Below, piece by piece: positions 27,531 through 37,900 of a DNA stretch of 51,211 bases (its first letter is position 1; each line of letters starts with the position of its first letter). The translations under genes and the position numbers were made by a program. The notes below the pieces were generated by a model, which was not told the DNA's origin, did not search any database, and saw nothing but the letters and a program-made list of their open reading frames with translations. The DNA is from an uncultured Chitinophagaceae bacterium (GTDB lineage Bacteria > Bacteroidota > Bacteroidia > Chitinophagales > LD1), in assembly GCA_964552715.1 (NCBI GenBank), contig CAZKHZ010000001.1, forward strand, positions 1-51,211, written 5' to 3'.

Positions 27531-29723
27531 ATGTTAACACAACGGAAAAAAGCAATAGAAACAGTAGTAAACCGCGAAGCGGTGAAGCCAAGATTAGCAG
27601 GAAACAAGGTTTCTGATTATTACGGTCAAAACGTTTTTACTGAAAAAGCCATGCGCGAATACCTAAGCGATGATGCTTTTAAAGCAGTGCGCAGCGCCAT
27701 AAGCTCTGGCAGCAAAATCAATCGCGAGATTGCCGATGCAGTTGCAGCGGGTATGAAGTCGTGGGCAATTACAAAAGGAGCAAATTCTTATACGCACTGG
27801 TTTCAACCGCTTACAGGCTTAACTGCCGAAAAGCACGATATGTTTTTTCAACCAAAAGGCGATGAAGCTATTGAGGTTTTTAGTGGCGATGCTTTGGTGC
27901 AACAAGAACCGGATGCGTCATCTTTTCCAAGTGGTGGTATCAGAGCAACTTTTGAGGCAAGAGGTTACACAGCTTGGGATCCTAGTTCTCCGGCTTTCAT
28001 TATGGAAATTGGCGATGGTAAAACATTGTGCATTCCTACCATATTCATTTCTTACACTGGCGAAACATTAGATTACAAAGCACCACTTTTAAAAAGCTGT
28101 GCATTGTTGGAGCGCGCAGCTTTGCCTGTGGTACACTTGTTCGATAAAGAGGTTACAAAAGTTACTGCAACATTGGGTTGGGAGCAAGAGTATTTTGTAA
28201 TTGATGAGGCGTTGTATTATGCACGTCCCGATTTGTTGGCTACAGGTAGAACTTTATTGGGTGCATCTTCTGCAAAAGGTCAGCAATTAGAAGACCATTA
28301 TTTCGGAACAATTCCTGAGCGCGTTTATGGTTACATGCTCGACTTAGAAGTGGAGTGTCATAAATTAGGAATACCCGTTCGTACAAGACATAATGAAGTG
28401 GCACCATCGCAATTCGAGTGCGCACCAATGTTTGAAGAAGTGAGTGTAGCAGTTGATCACAATCAATTATTGATGGATGTGATGGAGCGTGTTGCGCGCA
28501 GACACAAACTGCGCGTTTTGTTGCACGAAAAGCCATTCGCAGGCATCAATGGAAGTGGCAAACACAACAACTGGAGCTTAAGCACTGATACTGGTAAAAA
28601 CCTTTTAAGTCCAGGTAAAACACCAAAAAATAATATCCTCTTCATTACCTTCTTCGTGAATGTTTTGAAAGCGTTGAGTGAGTATGGCGATTTGTTGCGC
28701 GCTTCTATTGCAGGTGCAGGTAACGATCATCGCTTGGGTGCCAACGAAGCACCTCCTGCAATCATTTCTGCTTTCATTGGTTCATACATGAGCAATGTGT
28801 TGGATGAAATTGAAAAGCGTGTTGCCAAAGGAAAATATGATGAGTTGGCTAACGCAACTTTGAAGTTAGACATTCACAATAAAATACCTGATGTGTTATT
28901 GGATAACACCGATAGAAATCGCACATCTCCTTTCGCATTTACAGGTAACAAGTTTGAAGTACGCGCTGTAGGTTCTTCTGCAAACTGCGCTTCCACTATG
29001 ACTGTGATGAACACCATCATGGCGCAGCAGCTACTTGAATTTAAAGCTGAGGTTGATAAGTTGATTAAAGGTGGTGAAGGTAAAGAAGGTGCTATCATGC
29101 GCGTAATTCGTCAGTACATTACCGATAGCCGCAAGATTTGTTTTGAAGGTGACGGCTACAGCGAAGCATGGGCAAAAGAAGCTAAGAAACGTGGCTTGAA
29201 CAATGTAAAAACAACACCTTATGCACTTGACTTTTTGATTCAGAAAAAGTACAAAGATGTATTCATCAAAAACAACATTTTGAGCGACAGAGAGATTGTT
29301 GCGCGTTATGATGTGGAGAATCACAAATACACGTTGAAAATAAATATCGAAGCAACTACACTTGCCGATATTGCAATCAATCAAATCATTCCTGCTGCTT
29401 TAGAATATTCCAACAAACTGATTTCAAATATTCAAGGATTGAAAGCCGTGGGTGTGCCTGTTGCTGCTTCAAAAGCGCAAAAAGAATTGGTAACGCAGAT
29501 TGTTACAAGTGTCAATGCCATTAAAACAGGAGCCGATAAATTGTATGCTTCTATTGAAGGTGCACACAAAGCAAAATCAACTGCTGAAGAAGCAAAGTAC
29601 TATTGCGATAAAGTAAAACCTTTAATGGATATTTTGCGCGTTGACATTGATAAATTAGAGGGCGTTGTTGATGATTCAACATGGCCTTTGCCAAAATACA
29701 GAGAGATTCTTTTCATTAGATAG
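27531..29723 (+). CDS. glnN: glutamine synthetase type III
   Basis: 730 aa, the GSIII size class. It has the motifs RHNEVAPSQFE, FAGINGSGKHNNWS and the N-terminal THWFQPLTG. Confidence 0.9.
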   Translation: MLTQRKKAIETVVNREAVKPRLAGNKVSDYYGQNVFTEKAMREYLSDDAFKAVRSAISSGSKINREIADAVAAGMKSWAITKGANSYTHWFQPLTGLTAEKHDMFFQPKGDEAIEVFSGDALVQQEPDASSFPSGGIRATFEARGYTAWDPSSPAFIMEIGDGKTLCIPTIFISYTGETLDYKAPLLKSCALLERAALPVVHLFDKEVTKVTATLGWEQEYFVIDEALYYARPDLLATGRTLLGASSAKGQQLEDHYFGTIPERVYGYMLDLEVECHKLGIPVRTRHNEVAPSQFECAPMFEEVSVAVDHNQLLMDVMERVARRHKLRVLLHEKPFAGINGSGKHNNWSLSTDTGKNLLSPGKTPKNNILFITFFVNVLKALSEYGDLLRASIAGAGNDHRLGANEAPPAIISAFIGSYMSNVLDEIEKRVAKGKYDELANATLKLDIHNKIPDVLLDNTDRNRTSPFAFTGNKFEVRAVGSSANCASTMTVMNTIMAQQLLEFKAEVDKLIKGGEGKEGAIMRVIRQYITDSRKICFEGDGYSEAWAKEAKKRGLNNVKTTPYALDFLIQKKYKDVFIKNNILSDREIVARYDVENHKYTLKINIEATTLADIAINQIIPAALEYSNKLISNIQGLKAVGVPVAASKAQKELVTQIVTSVNAIKTGADKLYASIEGAHKAKSTAEEAKYYCDKVKPLMDILRVDIDKLEGVVDDSTWPLPKYREILFIR

Positions 29724-29743
29724 CATTGAATTTATGTAAACAA

Positions 29744-29775
29744 AAAAGGCTGCCTCGAAAGAGACAGCCTTTTTT
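29744..29775. terminator. bidirectional Rho-independent terminator between convergent genes
   Basis: AAAAGGCTGCCTC-GAAA-GAGACAGCCTTTTTT has A-run and T-run flanks on both sides. It lies between the GSIII stop (29723) and the minus-strand gene's stop (29794). Confidence 0.8.
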
Positions 29776-29793
29776 GTTTATAGTAGATTGGAA

Positions 29794-30612
29794 TTATTCA
29801 ATCAAAATATTCTTTGAAGCAACACCTTCGGTAGTTCTTAATTGCACTGCATATAATCCTTTTGAAAGTCCACTTAAATTAAACTGATTTGAGTAGAAAC
29901 CTGACACATCCACTGGCTTAGTGTAAACAACTTTGCCATTCATATCAACCACATTTAAGTTGCCCTGCACTCTGTTACCAGCATTTAATGTAAATACAAA
30001 GTTGCCATTGTTAGGATTTGGATAAACAGAAATTGCTGCATTTAATTCAGCATTGAAATCTTTTATTCCTGTTGGTTTTACACATGGGGCACCTTTTTCG
30101 GTTACAATTACATAGTAATTACCAAAAGGAGAAAAGCGATTCAAGTTGCCTGTGTAAACATAAGGAGTATCAATAGGTGCGATAACTGGAGGGGTGGCAG
30201 TGATGCGAAACCAAACTGTTCCCCATGCAATCAAATCATATTTTCCTGCTGTGTCTGTTGTTGTACCCGAAAAATTAATACATCCATTGCCACCACCATT
30301 AAGTACGTTAGGATTTTTTGACCAATTGATGTCGGTCGGCAATCCAGTAATAGAATCAATCCTTACAGAATCAACACGAATGTTTGCTACAATAGAAAAG
30401 CCAGCTACAGTGATAGTTGTATCTCCATTTTGCTGAACTTTGCCTTGAATAGTTTGGTTGTAAGCAACCGTTCTTTCAATACAAGGAAGGTTTTCCTTGC
30501 TCGGGTTAGCACCTGGTGTGGTTTGCACAGCAGGATTGATGGTGCACTGTGCATTTGCAAATAAAATTGTTGCTGAAAAAGCAATAAGCGTAAAGTAAAA
30601 TTTCTTCATCAT
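29794..30612 (-). CDS. secreted protein with T9SS type A C-terminal sorting domain
   Basis: The preferred start is MMKKFYFTLIAFSATILFANAQ (30612 or 30609). The C-terminus ISVYPNPNNGNFVFTL...GLYAVQLRTTEGVASKNILIE is a Por_Secre_tail CTD. Confidence 0.8.
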   Translation of the reverse strand: MMKKFYFTLIAFSATILFANAQCTINPAVQTTPGANPSKENLPCIERTVAYNQTIQGKVQQNGDTTITVAGFSIVANIRVDSVRIDSITGLPTDINWSKNPNVLNGGGNGCINFSGTTTDTAGKYDLIAWGTVWFRITATPPVIAPIDTPYVYTGNLNRFSPFGNYYVIVTEKGAPCVKPTGIKDFNAELNAAISVYPNPNNGNFVFTLNAGNRVQGNLNVVDMNGKVVYTKPVDVSGFYSNQFNLSGLSKGLYAVQLRTTEGVASKNILIE

Positions 30613-30683
30613 ATAATTTGTTGAGCGATGAAAATACAAATTATGAATGGGTATGAGAAAGGAAAGTTTGATTGCACAGGGTT

Positions 30684-32330
30684 TTATTCAAAGGTAACCG
30701 CCTCATTAAACAACGCAGCAACAGATTTCAATGCGGCTTCTTTTTGGTTGTTGTTCCAATGCCATTCTATTGCAAGTGTTTCAATTATTTTATCTAAGAA
30801 CTCAATAGTTTGTGGATGAGCAAAAAACAAATTCCCCGTGCGGCACACCAAAAAGTCTTCAGCATGATAAACTGATTCGTTTGCGATGCAGTAATCTAAT
30901 TCGGCAAACAGAATTTGTTCATCAATGTTGCTGCCTTTCTGTTTGGATAAAAGAGAAAGTACTTTTTGCACTTCGCTACCATAACGATGAAAAAGCGTAC
31001 GCAATTTTTCATCTTCAATTTCTGAAAAGTCTGGGTTGCTTTTCAATTCCTCAAAGTGTTTTTCTAATTCTTCCCTAGTATTGAACTTGCCACCACTTAA
31101 CAAATACTTTTTTGTAGTGCAGGATGCAAAGGAACTTCCTGCTTCATCTTTTAAAAGCTTGGAAACAAGATTGACAACCTTTTCTGCCATTAACCTAAAA
31201 CCGGTGAGCTTACCGCCAGCAATTGAAATTAATCCTGATGGTGCAATAATGATTTCATCCTTGCGCGACAGTTCGGATGGCGACTTACCATCCTCGTGTA
31301 TCAGCGGACGCAAACCTGCCCAACTTGAAATCACATCTTTTGATTTCAAATCAACCGATGGAAACATCGCGTTTACAGCTTTCAATAAATACTCAACATC
31401 GGCTTTTACAGCGCGTGGCGAGTCAATATCTTGATTGTAAACAGTGTCGGTAGTGCCTACATAAGTGATGCCATTGCGGGGAATAGCGAAAATCATTCTG
31501 CCATCGGGAGCATCAAAATACACTGCCTGTTTTAATGGTATCTTTTCGTAAGGAAAAACAATGTGAACGCCTTTGGTCAATTGTAATCTTTTACCGGTAA
31601 GGCTGCCATCTTCTTTGCGTAAAACATCTACCCAAGGTCCAGCAGCGTTAACTGTTTTTTTTGCTTTGATGGTAAAAGTCTTGTTGCTGATTTTATCTTC
31701 TACTTCTATACCTGCAACTTTCCCCGATTGATTTTTTATAAACTTTTTTGCTTCGCAATAATTAAGCAATAAAGCACCTTCGCTGAAAGCACTTTTTGCT
31801 AATTCAATAACCAAGCGCGCATCATCGGTGCGGTATTCAAAATACAAGCCGCCCCCTGTTACTTTTGTTTCATCTAACAAGGGTTCGGCTTCGAGCGTGA
31901 AATGTTTGTTGAGCATTATACGTTGCTCTTGTCTTTTCACTCCTGCCAAAATATCATATACCAGTAAACCAAGCGAAGATGATTGCTTGCCTAACGAGCC
32001 ATCCTTTACAATTGGCAAAAGCATTTTTTCAGGCAATACTACATGACGTGCATTGCGATGCACAATGGCGCGCTCTCTGCCAACATCACGCACCAACTTC
32101 AACTCAAATTGTTTGAGGTAGCGCAAGCCGCCATGAATTAACTTGGTAGAGCGACTGCTGGTGCCAAATCCAAAATCTTTCTTTTCAATAAGTGCAACTT
32201 TCAAGCCCCTTAGCGCTGCATCTAAGGCTATGCCACAACCTGTAATGCCACCACCGATTACTAATAAATCGAATTCTGTGCTTTCGGCTTTTGCAATAAA
32301 CTGAGGACGATTGTGTTGAGAAAAATTCAT
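30684..32330 (-). CDS. glpD: FAD-dependent glycerol-3-phosphate dehydrogenase
   Basis: 548 aa. FDLLVIGGGITGCGIALDAALRGLKVALIEKKDFGFGTSSRSTKLIHGGLRYL is the characteristic GlpD N-terminus. A C-terminal alpha-helical GlpD extension is present. Confidence 0.88.
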   Translation of the reverse strand: MNFSQHNRPQFIAKAESTEFDLLVIGGGITGCGIALDAALRGLKVALIEKKDFGFGTSSRSTKLIHGGLRYLKQFELKLVRDVGRERAIVHRNARHVVLPEKMLLPIVKDGSLGKQSSSLGLLVYDILAGVKRQEQRIMLNKHFTLEAEPLLDETKVTGGGLYFEYRTDDARLVIELAKSAFSEGALLLNYCEAKKFIKNQSGKVAGIEVEDKISNKTFTIKAKKTVNAAGPWVDVLRKEDGSLTGKRLQLTKGVHIVFPYEKIPLKQAVYFDAPDGRMIFAIPRNGITYVGTTDTVYNQDIDSPRAVKADVEYLLKAVNAMFPSVDLKSKDVISSWAGLRPLIHEDGKSPSELSRKDEIIIAPSGLISIAGGKLTGFRLMAEKVVNLVSKLLKDEAGSSFASCTTKKYLLSGGKFNTREELEKHFEELKSNPDFSEIEDEKLRTLFHRYGSEVQKVLSLLSKQKGSNIDEQILFAELDYCIANESVYHAEDFLVCRTGNLFFAHPQTIEFLDKIIETLAIEWHWNNNQKEAALKSVAALFNEAVTFE

Positions 32331-32360
32331 TTGGTTGAAAGATTACAACGTGTTTTAGGA

Positions 32361-32987
32361 TTAATTTGTTTTGGTTTTTAACGCTTTTGCCATGGGCAAT
32401 TTCAAAGTTTTGAAGTCTTCGTAAGTACCTAATATTGCTCGTACCAATTCAAATCCATTTCGTTTAAATAATGAAGCAGTTGTCACTGCATCTTCAGCAG
32501 TTTCGGCAACGATATATATACGCATGTCTTCGCTCAATTCTTGTGTAAGCGCTTCTACATCTTCCATCGGAATGTTTTCAGCCCATTCCAGATGTTGGAG
32601 TTCGTAGGCTTCGTTGCTACGTGCGTCCACCAAATAAAATTCATCGTGGTTGAAATCAATTGCAAACTCATCGGGCTCAATGGTGATGATGACTGTTTTC
32701 TTTAGTTGCTCGGTTTCGCTTTCTAAGGTAATTCCTTTTAGACCTGTAAAGCCCGATCCTGCAATGGTGCGATGAATTTTTACAGCTTCGCTTTCTTCTG
32801 CTATCAATACAACTTTTACATCATCAGCTATTAGCAACTGAAATGTTTTAAGAAAGTTTTCGCCCCATGGTATATAGATCGAATTGGCAATTGCGATGTC
32901 AGCAATATGCGTTAATGGGCGAGTGTCTATTATTTGTGTTCCTTCTTCTAGCAATGCGGCTATGGCGGCTGCGTTTATAAATTCCAT
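32361..32987 (-). CDS. tandem rhodanese-homology-domain protein lacking any cysteine (predicted non-catalytic)
   Basis: 208 aa with two rhodanese-like halves (QIIDTRP...VVLIAEES... and YLVDARSNEAYELQHLEWAENIP...IYIVAETA...). The whole translation contains no Cys, so both active-site loop positions are non-Cys. Confidence 0.6.
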   Translation of the reverse strand: MEFINAAAIAALLEEGTQIIDTRPLTHIADIAIANSIYIPWGENFLKTFQLLIADDVKVVLIAEESEAVKIHRTIAGSGFTGLKGITLESETEQLKKTVIITIEPDEFAIDFNHDEFYLVDARSNEAYELQHLEWAENIPMEDVEALTQELSEDMRIYIVAETAEDAVTTASLFKRNGFELVRAILGTYEDFKTLKLPMAKALKTKTN

Positions 32988-33010
32988 GCCGCAAAGCTAA
33001 GACTATACCA

Positions 33011-33364
33011 TCAATTTGCTTCAAAATGTTTGTTTACAATTGTTGCAATTTTAGATAGGTTGTCAATTTGCAGGGAGTAGTAAATTTCTTTGCCTTTGCG
33101 TTTGTAAGTTACCATTCGATTGTCTTTTAAAACACGAAGGTGTTGCGATACGATAGATTGATTAATATTTAATTCTTTAAAAATGCTATTGACATTTACG
33201 GGTTGATGTTGCCCGATGAAATTTAGCATTTTGATGCGCAACGGATGCGCTAAAGACTTTAAAAGTGAACATGTTGTTTCGAAGGTACCTCCTTCTATAA
33301 AAGATAAAATTGATGTAGTGTGCATAACCCCGACATTAATTGTGTCGGGTAAAAAAACAAACAT
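33011..33364 (-). CDS. ArsR/SmtB-family winged-helix transcriptional regulator
   Basis: LKSLAHPLRIKMLNFI...VNSIFKELNINQSIVSQHLRVLKDNRMVTYKRKGKEIYYSL is the classical ArsR wHTH. The start may be the internal M (MHTTSIL...). Confidence 0.8.
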   Translation of the reverse strand: MFVFLPDTINVGVMHTTSILSFIEGGTFETTCSLLKSLAHPLRIKMLNFIGQHQPVNVNSIFKELNINQSIVSQHLRVLKDNRMVTYKRKGKEIYYSLQIDNLSKIATIVNKHFEAN

Positions 33365-33423
33365 TCCATTGTAAAATGGAATGTTTGAAAAGATATTTTA
33401 TTTTATAAATTGAATATGCGGGT

Positions 33424-33810
33424 TTACGAAGCCATTTCTTCGGCAAGCCTTGATAGCTCGAATATGCGCTCTTTATTTAGCTTGTAGTAGATGAACTTGC
33501 CCACGCGTTCGGTTTCCACAATGCTTGCTTTGCGCAATATTGCCAAGTGTTGAGAAGCTACAGATTGCTCTAATCGCAACTTTACATACAAATCGGTTAC
33601 GGTAAGTCTGCCGTTTGCTTCAAGCAATGTGATGATTTCTTTGCGTAGTTTATGGTTTATTGCACGAAGGGTTAAAACCGCTCTGCGCAGCACATCGTAG
33701 CTTACTTTAACTGGTTCAATTTCTCCCTGCTTTGTAAGTAGTAATACCTCTTTAGCTAATCTTGCACTCATGATATTTATTGTTTTGAGATGCGAATCTA
33801 TAAAATTCAT
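33424..33810 (-). CDS. ArsR/SmtB-family winged-helix transcriptional regulator (paralog)
   Basis: LRAINHKLRKEIITLLEANGRLTVTDLYVKLRLEQSVASQHLAILRKASIVETERVGKFIYYKL. There is no Cys and no ELCVCDL-type metal site. The start may be the internal MSARLAKE. Confidence 0.8.
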   Translation of the reverse strand: MNFIDSHLKTINIMSARLAKEVLLLTKQGEIEPVKVSYDVLRRAVLTLRAINHKLRKEIITLLEANGRLTVTDLYVKLRLEQSVASQHLAILRKASIVETERVGKFIYYKLNKERIFELSRLAEEMAS

Positions 33811-33960
33811 CTGGAATTTGACACATATATTTAAAAAAATAAATGCTTAATGCGCAGTTTAGCTATCGGTTGGTAGGTGAATTTGCAATTAGGGTATTGT
33901 CTTTTTTAAGAAAGTTTAGCTTGCGTAGGTTATGATAAGGCATGAAAGAGATGATTAAAA

Positions 33961-34035
33961 TGGTAGCCCCGGGCAGAATCGAACTGCCATCAATGGTACC
34001 GGAAACCATCGTTTTATCCATTAAACTACGGAGCT
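33961..34035 (-). tRNA. tRNA-Arg (anticodon CCG)
   Basis: Hand-folded 75-nt cloverleaf on the minus strand. The acceptor AGCTCCG pairs with CGGGGCT. The D arm is GTTT-AATGGATA-AAAC. The anticodon arm is ATGGT-TTCCGGT-ACCAT (U33, CCG, G37). The T arm is GGCAG-TTCGATT-CTGCC. The discriminator is A, and CCA is encoded. Confidence 0.85.
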
Positions 34036-34050
34036 TTTTGAAATTTATAA

Positions 34051-34104
34051 TTGATTATTTATTATTCAAAATACAATTGTCAATAATGAATAATAAATAA
34101 TCAA
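34051..34104. repeat. perfect 17-bp AT-only inverted repeat between tmRNA and tRNA-Arg
   Basis: TTGATTATTTATTATTC (34051..34067) and GAATAATAAATAATCAA (34088..34104) are separated by 20 nt. The repeat begins 9 nt after the tmRNA 3' end on the minus strand. Confidence 0.85.
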
Positions 34105-34112
34105 TCAAAAAG

Positions 34113-34481
34113 TGGAGCTGGCGGGAATCGAACCCGCGTCCGGCTAAGGCAGCGATAGACCTTCTACATGTTTAGTTACTTATTGATTTTCGTGCTTTGG
34201 GCAGGTTAAGTAATCCCACCAACCTAAGCCTTACATTCGTTGGTACGGCATTCTGCAAGGTGAATGATTCCTGCAAAAGACGGCATCAAATTTTTGATTG
34301 TCAGCGCGCTGTGTATGATGCATCAAGCGCGGGACAAATGGTGGTTAATCTCTAAGATTAAGCAGCCATGGCGTAATTGCTTTCGCCTAATAAAACTGTT
34401 TTGTGTATGGATTAGCGAGCTATACACACGCTCGACATGCCAGTGTATCGATACGGCTTCCCGTCAATTCCAATCAGCCCC
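34113..34481 (-). ncRNA. ssrA: tmRNA (transfer-messenger RNA)
   Basis: The minus-strand 5' end GGGGCTGATTGGAATTGACGGG pairs with the 3' end ...GGACGCGGGTTCGATTCCCGCCAGCTCCA (tRNA-Ala-like T arm and acceptor). The internal tag ORF GGC GAA AGC AAT TAC GCC ATG GCT GCT TAA encodes GESNYAMAA* at 34387..34358. The CCA end is only partly encoded. Confidence 0.92.
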
Positions 34482-34943
34482 GTTGAAGATTTTAGATTTC
34501 AGAAGTGTGACTTACTGAAACCTGCATTTATCTTCTTTTTCAAAGAACGGTGCGAAGGTATGAATTAAGAAAGTGATATGCTGCTAATTGTTCAAAATAT
34601 CTTGGTTTATTGAAAAGCAGTTTATTGAACTAACCCTTTTTGCTTGATACACTTGAATGAGCACTCCCAATACTCACTATTTTTAGTAACGCAATGAGCC
34701 TCTCCAGATTTCCTTTAAGGCTCTTCTCAATTGCCAATCAATATTTTAGACCATAATCATAAAGGCGCTATTAATGTGTTACGGTATGTTTTTTGGGTGC
34801 AAATTTTATATAAAACAGGAGCTCCTAAATTGATTTCAAAAAGGTTTTTGTGTTTTATCAAATACAAATGCAACCAAAGTGATACTTAGTATTTCTATAT
34901 TTAACCCCGTTTAGTTAATGTATTAAATTGTGAGGAAGGAAAG

Positions 34944-37900
34944 ATGAAGCATTTCTATGCAATTTTAGTTGCTGTTTTTTTTATTTTATTTATTCAGGAT
35001 GTTTTTGCTACTCATGCCATGGGGGCAGATTTGCAATATACCTGTTTGGGTAATAATCAATACAGAGTAAGGCTTAGTTTTTACAGAGATTGCAGCGGTA
35101 TTGATGTAGGAACTGCGGCAGTTACCATTACAGCACCAAGTTGTGGTATCATTACCAATCAATCTTTTACCCTTACAGAACTTACTAATTTTCCTTGCCC
35201 AGGTGGTGGTGTTTCTGGTACAGCCGGTTGTGATGTTTCGCCCCTTTGTCCAACACAAATTAGCCAGAATTCATGTAATTTTTCACCATCCAGTCAAGCA
35301 CCATTTCCTGGTGTGCGTAGTGTGATTTATGAAGGGATAATTACCTTGCCTTCTACTTGTAATCAATGGTTAGTAAGGTTTGCTGAAAATGCTCGAAACC
35401 CAAGTGATAATATTACTGGAAGTAATTCACAAAATCTTTCTGTTCAAGCTTTAATCAATAATACCATTGACCCGCTTACGGGGCAGCCTTATTGCAATAA
35501 TTCAGTTTCATTCAGTTCATTGCCGGTGCCATTTTATTGTGTAAACAATCCTGTTACTTACAATCAGGGCGCGGTGGATGCAGATGGAGATTCTTTGGTT
35601 TACACAATTATCGCTCCTTTGGGTGATGGATTCAACCCACTATCTTATCAAGTGGGATATTCTGCAAGTCAACCAATAAGAACAAATCCCCCAAATAGTT
35701 TTCAGTTTGATGAGGCTACGGGGCAAATGTCCTTTACCCCAAGTTTTGTGGAAACAGATGTTTTGGCAGTAAGGGTAGATGAATATCGCAATGGAGTTTT
35801 AGTTGGTTCTACTATTCGTGATATACAGGTGAAGATTATCAACTGCACCGTTTCAACGCCTGTTCAGCAACCGATAGACAATATTCAAAACGCCAATCAA
35901 CAAGATTCTATTACGTTGCAGGTTTGCCCTGGCACACAGGTTAGTTTTGATATAAAAGTAATTGACCCTTTGGGACGAAACCTTACACTTAAAAGTTCTA
36001 TACAAAATAATCCATCTCCATTACCTGGGGCAACGCTTGCGCAGATTAACCAAGGCACAGCACCAAATGACTCTGCCATTGCAAGAATTAGATGGACACC
36101 CGCTGCGGCTGATACAGGCTGTCGCCAGTTTGTATTAACTGCCGAAAATGATGACTGTCCGATTAAGGGAAATCAAACAAGAGTTTACAAGGTTTGTGTG
36201 TTTAATAAAGTGCAGTTGCTTACTGCAAGTCCCACTTTTTGTGGCAAGCCTGTGCAACTTACGGCTACGGGTGGCACTAACTTTACATGGACACCAACCA
36301 CGGGTTTAAGCAGCACAGCAGTGCTGAATCCAGTGGCATCACCTGCTGTGCCTACTAACTATAAATTCACCAGCGATTGCGGAACTGATTCGGTGTTTGT
36401 GAATGTGGCGCAGCCCTTTGTTTATGATGCAGGAGTTGGTGGGCAAATTTGCCAAAATGGACAAATTCAATTGAATGCTTCAGTTGATAATTTATATCAA
36501 CCATATAGTATCAAATGGATTCCGTCCAATGGTTTGGTTGACCCTGTGTTTGCGCTGCCAAACGATACTATTCTTAACCCTATTGCAAGTCCGCTTTCAA
36601 CTACAAAGTACAAAGTTCAATTTACAGCAAATAATGGTTGTATTAATGAAGATTCGGTTACAGTTGTTGTGTCAGGCACTGGTCCGCTAATAAAAGCCAG
36701 AACAAACAAAACATTGGTTTGTCCGGGTGAGGCTGCACAGCTTACATTAATCTCAAATCCGCTGAGTTGTGGCATTTCTCAACAGCCATGCTCGGGTAAT
36801 GATGTAAATGCTCAGGTTGGTACTTTTACGAACAGTTCTAACAATTCGCCTGTGCAATTGCCTTCTCCATTGGGTGGATACAGCAAAAGCACAAGACATC
36901 AAATTTTGTTTCGTGCCAGCGAAATTTTAGCTGTATCCAATTCTGGTGGAAAGATTAAATCTATCGCCATCAATCTGCTTGCGGCAGGAACACCACTGAA
37001 CAACTTAACTATAAAAATGGCTTGTGTTTCTGCAGATAGTATTAAAGGATACATTGCAGGAGGAAGTTTAGCAACTGTTTACACGCCTAAGAATTATACG
37101 CCTGTTCTTGGTTGGAATGTATTTACGCTCGATAATATTTATGATTGGGACGGGCAGTCGAATTTGTTGGTAGATATTTGTCATAATTCAACCACTGCAA
37201 ACGGGCAGCACATGAAGTATCAAATGACCCGCACCGATGGCTCGCAGGGTTTTGCAAATTATTCTTCGTTGTGGTGCACGGCTTCAGGGGCATTTGACCA
37301 ATGTGGTATCACCGGAACAGATCAAAACTTAAATGCAGCACGTTATAAAGAAAGACCGAACACGCGCTTTGTGGTTTGCGTTGCAGATTTATCAACTGCA
37401 AATATCGCATGGACGCCAAACACAGGCGCAAATGCACCAACGCCTTTAAACAATGACACTACCATTGCACGCCCACAAACTCCGCAGATTTATAGAGTGG
37501 CAGTGAGCGACCAAAACGGCTGCACAGGCAATAGTTTTGTGTTTGTAAATGTGGATACATCTGCCCGATTAACGATGACTAATGACACGTTTATATGTGC
37601 AACAAATGCAACCGTAAAACTAAAAGCAAAAGTTACTTCTTCTTTGCCTAATCCTAATTTTATTTACACATGGGCAGCAGTTCCATCAGCAGGTTTTGTG
37701 AATCCGGGTAATAGAGATTCAGTAACCGTAACGCCAAGTGTATCCACTAAGTATTACGTAACCATTACAGGTGCTGCATGTACTTTAGTAGATTCGGCTA
37801 CAGTTGCAGTTGGCTCTGGTATTCCGGTAGATATGGTGGGCACAAACCTTACGTGCTTTGCTGCAAACGATGGTGTTATTGTTGTGAATGTGCCGGGTAA

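Noticed and set aside
34264-34518. The 84-aa plus-strand ORF.
   Set aside because: It lies entirely antisense within or over the tmRNA gene (34113..34481), which explains the sequence.
34482-34943. A mobile-element or integrase remnant next to ssrA.
   Set aside because: No ORF of meaningful length, no recombinase motif and no repeat of the ssrA 3' end is visible in this 462-bp spacer.
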